64,000 nucleotides of DNA. It comes from Candidatus Deferrimicrobiaceae bacterium. GTDB taxonomy: Bacteria; Desulfobacterota; Deferrimicrobia; Deferrimicrobiales; Deferrimicrobiaceae. The translations under genes and the position numbers were made by a program. The stretch is taken from contig CAWBVY010000006.1 of the NCBI GenBank assembly GCA_963792415.1, positions 544,001 through 608,000 of the forward strand, read 5' to 3'. The stretch's first letter is position 1. The number at the start of each line of letters is the position of its first letter. Below are positions 58,149 through 64,000 of this stretch, in pieces. The notes under the pieces were generated by a model. That model was not told where the DNA came from. It made no database searches and saw only the letters and a list, made by a program, of their open reading frames with translations.

Positions 58149-58829
58149 ATGCCCCTGCAAATTCAGCCAAGAATCCTTGTCGTCGACGACGACAAGCTGA
58201 TTTGCTGGGCTCTTGAGAAGGAATTTGCAGGCTTGGGCCTTGTCACCCGGGTTGTCGAAAACGGGGAGGAGGCGCTCGCGGAACTTCGCAGGCAACCTTA
58301 CGACATCGTCTTCCTCGACATCCACCTTCCCGATGCGAACGGGATCGAACTCCTCCGCGACATCGATGCGATTTCCCGGGATGTGAAGATCATCCTCATG
58401 AGCGGCGACGCCACCGAGGCGAACCGGGAAAGAGCGTTCGCAAGCGGCGCGCTGCAATTCCTCGAAAAGCCGCTCGATCTCCCGGAAATCCACAGCATCC
58501 TGAAAAGCACCCTGGGAAAACACGCGCATAAGAGGAAACACCCGCGGCACATCTGCCGCATCCCGCTCCGAATCTCGGTCCTGGATCCTTCTCCCGAAGA
58601 AACCCAGTACGATCTAAAGAACCTGAACGGCACGGCGGCCGACTTCGGATCCGGGGGGCTGCGGCTTCACATGGAATATCCGCTGCGTGTGGGACAGCGT
58701 GTGCGCGCGCAGGCGGAAGCGGACAATGAACGGTTCAGGAGGTTCGTTCCCCCCGAATCCCCCGCACGGGTGGTATGGGTCACCCCGGCGCAGGATGGGG
58801 TCATGGCCGGTCTGCAGTTCGTGAACTGA
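58149..58829 (+). CDS. Response regulator receiver fused to a PilZ-like domain
   Basis: ILVVDDD, FLDIHLPD, EKP; then RKHPR (RxxxR), DFGSGG (DxSxxG-like), ARVVWV, GLQF. Confidence 0.82.
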   Translation: MPLQIQPRILVVDDDKLICWALEKEFAGLGLVTRVVENGEEALAELRRQPYDIVFLDIHLPDANGIELLRDIDAISRDVKIILMSGDATEANRERAFASGALQFLEKPLDLPEIHSILKSTLGKHAHKRKHPRHICRIPLRISVLDPSPEETQYDLKNLNGTAADFGSGGLRLHMEYPLRVGQRVRAQAEADNERFRRFVPPESPARVVWVTPAQDGVMAGLQFVN

Positions 58830-58830
58830 T

Positions 58831-60219
58831 CTACTCCAGCCCGAACTTCTTCACCTGGTACCGCAGGGAGTCGTAGGTAATCCCGAGGAGCTTCGCCGCA
58901 AGCGTCTTGTTTCTCCCCGCTTTCTCGAGCGCCTGGAGGATCAGGGTCCTCTCCACCTCCTCCAGGGAGAGCCCCTTGTCGGGGATCGTCAGCCTCGGGG
59001 CTGCCTTCGTCTCGGCCTCCCCCTTGCAGTGCAGGATCTCCCCGGGAAGGTGTTCCGGCCGGACGATCTCGTCGCTTTCCAGGACGACGATCCGCTCGAC
59101 GACGTTCCGCAGTTCCCGGACATTCCCCGGCCAACGGTAGGCGACCAGCATCTCCTCCGCTTCGGGGGAGATATCCTTCAGCGCCATCTTGTTGTACTTC
59201 TCCGTGTAGCCCCGCAGGAAGTGTCGCGCGAGCAAGGGAATGTCCCCTTTCCTCTCCCGCAGCGGCGGCAGATGCAGTGAAAAAGCGGTGAGCCGGTAGT
59301 AGAGGTCGACGCGGAACTCTCCCGCCGCCACCGCCCCCTCGAGGTCCCGGTTCGTTGTGGCGAACACCGTGGCATCGATCGGAAAATCCTGTCGTCCTCC
59401 GATCCGCCGGAACTTCCGTTCCTCGATCACGCGGAGGAGCTTCGCCTGCAGGTCCAGACGCATCTCCCCGATCTCGTCGAGGAGGATCGAGCCGCCGTCC
59501 GCCTGCGCGAAGATCCCCTTCTTCTCGGTCTTGGCGTCCGTGAACGCCCCCTTCTCGTGTCCGAAAAGCTCGCTTTCGATCAACGGCTCCGGCAGGGCGG
59601 CGCAGTTGATCCCGAGGAACGGGGCGAAGGAGGCGAATTCGGACGGGTGCATCAGGTGGTGGATGTGCCGCGCGAAGACCTCCTTCCCGGTGCCGCTCTC
59701 GCCCGTGATGAGGACCAGTGGAACTCCGGCGTCGGCGAATTTTTTACACTTCTCCTTCAGCTTGTAGACCTTGTTCGTCTTCCCGATGATCTCCTGGTCG
59801 GCCAGGTTTAAACTGACCCTCCGGAGGTATTCGACCTCGAGCTTCAGGTTTCCTTTCTCGATGATCCGCCCGACGACGATCTTCACCTCGTCAAGGTTGA
59901 ACGGCTTCGTCAGGTAGTCGGCGGCGCCGATCTTCATCGCCTTGACAGCCGTTTCCGCCGTGTCGTCCGAAGTCAGCATCACCACCTGGGTGGAAATCCC
60001 CTGCCCGACGATCTCCCCGAGGATGTCGATTCCGTCCCGCCCCGGGAGTTTAATGTCGAGCAGCACGATGTCGGGGGAGAATGCCCGGATCCTGTCGAGG
60101 ACGCCCTCGGGGTCGCTCACCGCGTGGACGTCGTATCCGTCCCCGCGCAGCGCCCGCTCGAGCATGGAGACGATCAGTTCGTCGTCGTCCAGCAGGAAGA
60201 CTTTCCCCTTGGTCTTCAT
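58831..60219 (-). CDS. Sigma-54-dependent response regulator (NtrC family)
   Basis: REC, GESGTGKE, ESELFGHEKGAFTDA, LDEIGE, WPGNVREL, Fis-type HTH. Confidence 0.95.
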   Translation of the reverse strand: MKTKGKVFLLDDDELIVSMLERALRGDGYDVHAVSDPEGVLDRIRAFSPDIVLLDIKLPGRDGIDILGEIVGQGISTQVVMLTSDDTAETAVKAMKIGAADYLTKPFNLDEVKIVVGRIIEKGNLKLEVEYLRRVSLNLADQEIIGKTNKVYKLKEKCKKFADAGVPLVLITGESGTGKEVFARHIHHLMHPSEFASFAPFLGINCAALPEPLIESELFGHEKGAFTDAKTEKKGIFAQADGGSILLDEIGEMRLDLQAKLLRVIEERKFRRIGGRQDFPIDATVFATTNRDLEGAVAAGEFRVDLYYRLTAFSLHLPPLRERKGDIPLLARHFLRGYTEKYNKMALKDISPEAEEMLVAYRWPGNVRELRNVVERIVVLESDEIVRPEHLPGEILHCKGEAETKAAPRLTIPDKGLSLEEVERTLILQALEKAGRNKTLAAKLLGITYDSLRYQVKKFGLE

Positions 60220-61664
60220 CCCGCCGCCCCTTCCGCCTTGACGGGGAGCAGGATGGTGAACAGCACCCCACCGCCGGGCCGGTTCGCGACGGTGATCGTG
60301 CCGTCGTGCTGCTCGATCATCTGGTGGGAGAGCGCCAGCCCCAGCCCGGTCCCCTTCGGTTTTGTCGTGAAGAACGGCTGAAAGACCTTGCCGATGAGGT
60401 CTTCGCGGATCCCGCTCCCTGTGTCGGAAACCTCGATCCGGATCGTCTTTCCGTCCTCTTCCAGGCAGGTCCGGACGCCCAGCTTGCCTCCGCGGGGCAT
60501 CGCGTGAAGGGCGTTGAGGAACAGGTTCAGGAAGACCTGCTGCAGCAGGGTGGGGTCGGCCTGCATCGGAGGAAGTTCTCCAAACTCCTTTACGATCTCG
60601 ATATTCCCGGATCCGCCCGACCCGCCGGCCCGGTGCTTCAGGTGGAAGGCGAGGGTCGTGTTCAGCGTCTGGTTCACGTTGACCGGTTCCAGCCGAGGCT
60701 TCTGCGGCTTGGCGAAGTTGAGGAAGCTCTTCATCAATCCTTCCAGCTGGGTGATCTCGGCGACCACCTTCTGAAGGACCCCCTTGTCCTCCGGGGAGAT
60801 GTACGCTTCTTCGGAGAGGACGCTCATCGCGACCTTGATCCCCGCCATCGGGTTCTTGATCTCGTGGGCCAGCCCCGCCGCCAGCTCCCCGACCACCACC
60901 ATCTGCTCCGCCCGCTGCATCTTCTGCATCTGTTCCTTCAGGGAGAGGGACATTTCGTTGAATGCGTCGGCCAGTTCGCCGAATTCGTCCTTCAGGCGAG
61001 GAACCCGGTGGTCCAGTTCCCCTCCCTTCAATTTCCGGGTGGACTCGACCAGGACCTTGACGGGGCGGGTCAGCCCCGAGATGAAGACGAACCCAAACAA
61101 TGCCGAAACCAGGGGGCCCAGCGACACGAGCCCGTACAGGTAGTATTTCGTGCGCTCGATCTCGTTCATCGCTTTCTGCGTGCTTTCCCCGAGCCTGGAG
61201 GTGGTGAAGGCGATCACTTCACGGACGTCCTCGATCAACTGTTCCCCGATCCGGAAGGCGGCATCCTCCTCCGCAGCGCGCCTGGAGGCGTTCGCCCGGA
61301 TGGTCAACACCCTGCTCAGGGCGTCCTTGTATTTCTCCGTCTGCTGCTTCAACGCGCTCAGCCGCTCCATCCCTCGCGGGGAATGGTGGCAGTCGAAGCA
61401 GGTGTCGATGATTCTCCCCATGCCCCTGACGTGTTTTACGATGGTATCGAAGCTTCTTTCATACTGCGTATCCTTGAGCGTGAGATCCGCCTGCACTCTC
61501 TTGATCTCCAGCAGGTAGTGCTCCCGCAGGATCTCCACCTGGTGAAGCGTGATCAGCCGGTCCAGGCTGACCGTGGCGGTACGGATGGTGCGGATGACGT
61601 ACACGCCGACCAGGAGGAAGATGGCGGTGTAGATCGCCAGCCCGATGACGACCTTCCGTTTCAT
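60216..61664 (-). CDS. Sensor histidine kinase with a periplasmic CxxCH heme motif
   Basis: CFDCH between two TMs; HAMP (DEFGELADAFN); AHEIKNP; FTTK..GTGLGL. Confidence 0.92.
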   Translation of the reverse strand: MKRKVVIGLAIYTAIFLLVGVYVIRTIRTATVSLDRLITLHQVEILREHYLLEIKRVQADLTLKDTQYERSFDTIVKHVRGMGRIIDTCFDCHHSPRGMERLSALKQQTEKYKDALSRVLTIRANASRRAAEEDAAFRIGEQLIEDVREVIAFTTSRLGESTQKAMNEIERTKYYLYGLVSLGPLVSALFGFVFISGLTRPVKVLVESTRKLKGGELDHRVPRLKDEFGELADAFNEMSLSLKEQMQKMQRAEQMVVVGELAAGLAHEIKNPMAGIKVAMSVLSEEAYISPEDKGVLQKVVAEITQLEGLMKSFLNFAKPQKPRLEPVNVNQTLNTTLAFHLKHRAGGSGGSGNIEIVKEFGELPPMQADPTLLQQVFLNLFLNALHAMPRGGKLGVRTCLEEDGKTIRIEVSDTGSGIREDLIGKVFQPFFTTKPKGTGLGLALSHQMIEQHDGTITVANRPGGGVLFTILLPVKAEGAAG

Positions 61665-62581
61665 CAGTCGTTCCTGTAATCGTAGGTGGCCAGGTCCAGG
61701 TGGATGTCTTCCGCGTACTCCTGGATGATGTGGTACTCCTCGTTCCGGGTTTCGATGAACCTCCGCGCGCCGAACCGCTCCAGCACCTTTTTTCCGTCCG
61801 GGTCCAGGTTCATCTTGAGGAGTACATCCTTCAACCGGTCCCGCACCGACGCGTCGATATCCTTCCTGAGGGCGAGGGCGTTTTCCGGCACGTCGGGGGA
61901 CCTCTCGAGGACGATCAACTCTTTCATGATCCGCGGGTTGGCCTTCGCGAGCCGCTCGAACACCGTGTTCTTCGCCGCGCCGATATCGGCCTTCCGTTCG
62001 AGAACGTCGGAGATGGCGTCCTCGTGCGTCCCGGCGAAATAGGCCTCCTTCAGGTATCTCTTGTAATTCGATATCCCGTTTTTATGGAAATATTCGAGCG
62101 GGAGGAGGTACCCGGCCGTGGTCGCCTTGTCCACGAAGGCGAACCGTTTCCCCTTCATGTCGCGGGCGGTCCGGATGGAGCTGTCTTTCCGGACGAAGAT
62201 CAGCCCGTGGTAGGTGGAGGTGTTGTCGGGCGCCACCGGCCGCGCGAGGACCTCCACCCCGACCTTCGCGTGGGCCAGCGTGTAGGTGAAGCTGCCGAAA
62301 AAGGCGCCGTCAAGGCCGGAGGAGTTGAAATTGTCGACGATGTTCCCGTACCGGGGGAGGATCATCAACTTCATCTTCGTGGCGGTTTTCCGGTGGAGAT
62401 ACTCCATCAAAGGCTCGTACCGCTCCATCTGCTTGAAGATGTTCTGCTCCGGGATCAGGCCGATCCGCAACTCCTTGACGGGGGGCTTCTCCGCGGGGGC
62501 CGGCGGCGCCTGCGGGGAACAGGCCGCGAGGAGCGGAAGGCCCAGCACGAGCAGGGTGCAGGCGATCGGTCGGTTTCGCAT
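61664..62581 (-). CDS. PhnD-family (phosphate/phosphite/phosphonate-type) periplasmic binding lipoprotein
   Basis: LAAC lipobox; LRIGLIPE, Y.G.I.VRKDS, GKRFAFVD..TT.GYL.P, GTHED; stop overlaps the kinase start (TGATG). Confidence 0.85.
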   Translation of the reverse strand: MRNRPIACTLLVLGLPLLAACSPQAPPAPAEKPPVKELRIGLIPEQNIFKQMERYEPLMEYLHRKTATKMKLMILPRYGNIVDNFNSSGLDGAFFGSFTYTLAHAKVGVEVLARPVAPDNTSTYHGLIFVRKDSSIRTARDMKGKRFAFVDKATTAGYLLPLEYFHKNGISNYKRYLKEAYFAGTHEDAISDVLERKADIGAAKNTVFERLAKANPRIMKELIVLERSPDVPENALALRKDIDASVRDRLKDVLLKMNLDPDGKKVLERFGARRFIETRNEEYHIIQEYAEDIHLDLATYDYRND

Positions 62582-62645
62582 CGCGACATAGTAGCATGAA
62601 GTTCGGGAGCGACGGCAAGGGCGGCATGCACCGCCATGGTTCGAT

Positions 62646-64000
62646 TCAGGCCCCGGGGGCCTCCTCGAACTGCAGGGCGTACAGCCGCCGGTAGATCCCC
62701 CCCGCGGCCATCAGTTCCTCGTGCGTCCCCGTCTCCCGCACCTTCCCCTTGTGCATCACGAGGATCCGGTCGGCGGACAGGACCGTCGACAGCCGGTGGG
62801 CGACGACGAGGGCGGTCCGCCCGGGAAGGATCCCGGACAGCGCCTCCTGGATCCGGCCCTCCGTCACGGGATCGACGCTCGACGTCGCCTCGTCCAGCAG
62901 GAGGACGCGCGGCTCCCGCGCCAGCGCGCGGGCGAACGACACCATCTGGCGCTGCCCCGTCGACAGCCGCACCCCCCGCTCCCCCACGTCCGTCGCCAGC
63001 CCCTCGGACCATTCCCGGGTGAACCGTTCCACGCCGATCGCCGACAGCGCGGCCCCGACCGCCTCGCCGCCCGCCGCGACGTTCTCCCGCACCGTCCCGG
63101 AGAAGAGGAACGGATCCTGTAGGACGAGGGCGAGCGACCCGCGCAGCTCTTCCCGCGGGATCTCGCGGATGTCCCGACCGAAGAGCAGGATCTTCCCGCG
63201 GCGGATCTCGTAGAAGCGGCACAGCAGGGAGAGGATCGTCGTCTTTCCCGCCCCCGTCGCCCCCACGATCGCCCCCGTCTGCCCTTCCTCGAGAACGAAG
63301 GAGACACCGCGAAGGACCGGCGGCCCCTCCTCTCCCCCTCCCGCCTCTGCGCCGACGGATCGGGGGTAGGAGAACCAGACGTCCCGGAACTCGATCGCGG
63401 GGACGGCGAGACCGGAGGGGAGCGGGGACGGCGCCGGCCGTGCATCGGGCCCGGATTCCGGTCGGACTTCCGCGTATTCGGGGGATACCTCCTCGTCGAG
63501 GAACCGGAAGATCCGCTCCGAGGAGGCCAGCGCCGTCTGCAGGATGTTGTACTTGTCGCTCATGTCCTTGATCGGGTCGTAGAACCTTCGGGCGTATTCG
63601 AGGAACGCCACGAGCGTCCCGAAGGTGAGGGCACCGGACAGCAGGCCGACGCCGCCGCGCCACAGCAGGAGCGCCACCGCGATCGAGGCGAGCATCTCCA
63701 CGCCCGGGAAGTAGACGGAGTAGAGGTTGGTGAGCCGGACGCTCTCCGCGGCGTACTCCCCGTTCAACCCGTCGAACCTCCGCTCCGACTTCCCCTCCCT
63801 TCCGAACGCCTTGACCACCGCCACCCCGGTCACATGCTCCTGCAGGAAGGCGTTCATCCGCGCGAGCTTCCGCCGCATCTCCCGGTTCGCCTCGCGGATC
63901 CTCTTCTTCATCAGTTCGACGAACAGCACGAGGACGGGGAGGACGGCGAATGTGACGAGCGCCAGGCGCGGGTCCATCCAGAGCAGGATCGCGGTCGTGC
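62646..64000 (-). CDS. ABC exporter (fused TMD-NBD, MdlB/MsbA-like); 5' end lies outside the window
   Basis: GATGAGKTT Walker A, LSTGQRQ signature, LLLDEATS, IAHRL-like VAHRLST. Confidence 0.92.
   Translation of the reverse strand, partial: TTAILLWMDPRLALVTFAVLPVLVLFVELMKKRIREANREMRRKLARMNAFLQEHVTGVAVVKAFGREGKSERRFDGLNGEYAAESVRLTNLYSVYFPGVEMLASIAVALLLWRGGVGLLSGALTFGTLVAFLEYARRFYDPIKDMSDKYNILQTALASSERIFRFLDEEVSPEYAEVRPESGPDARPAPSPLPSGLAVPAIEFRDVWFSYPRSVGAEAGGGEEGPPVLRGVSFVLEEGQTGAIVGATGAGKTTILSLLCRFYEIRRGKILLFGRDIREIPREELRGSLALVLQDPFLFSGTVRENVAAGGEAVGAALSAIGVERFTREWSEGLATDVGERGVRLSTGQRQMVSFARALAREPRVLLLDEATSSVDPVTEGRIQEALSGILPGRTALVVAHRLSTVLSADRILVMHKGKVRETGTHEELMAAGGIYRRLYALQFEEAPGA

Noticed and set aside
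61664-64000. PhnD-like protein and adjacent ABC gene as one phosphonate importer
   Set aside because: The ABC protein is a fused exporter type that does not use binding proteins, and no PhnC/PhnE genes are present

Overview
This is a high-GC bacterial chromosome segment that looks deltaproteobacterial. The gene content resembles the Geobacter/Deferrimicrobium-type anaerobes, which is an unverified inference. The left half carries housekeeping genes: tRNA-Glu, tRNA-Lys, purA, serA, serC, glgP, metW, a Nudix hydrolase, a two-subunit pyruvate carboxylase and purC (with a 1-bp frameshift). Between them lie two tRNA-anchored accessory regions, one with small secreted proteins and an IS3 remnant beyond tRNA-Glu, and one at tRNA-Ala(GGC) with stacked att duplications, integrase/IS remnants and a YeeE/YedE pair bracketed by 74-bp direct repeats. 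The right half (about 31.0-62.6 kb) is one apparent cytochrome-nanowire supercluster. It contains two OmcS-family hexaheme cytochromes, companion assembly genes (NHL and YVTN propellers, an outer-membrane barrel, two CsgG/GNA1162-like lipoproteins, a PPIase chaperone, 26- and 16-heme cytochromes) and a regulatory block (GEMM-I riboswitch on omcS, sigma-54 promoters, a REC-PilZ protein, an NtrC-type activator, a heme-motif histidine kinase and a PhnD-like binding protein). Attached to it is a putative filament-modification module: two TMTC-like GT-C/TPR proteins, a GT2 polyprenol-phosphate sugar synthase, two membrane-fused spermidine-synthase-like SAM enzymes and a YbaY lipoprotein. No rRNA genes or CRISPR arrays were seen. 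All family assignments come from recognising motifs by eye; no database searches were run.
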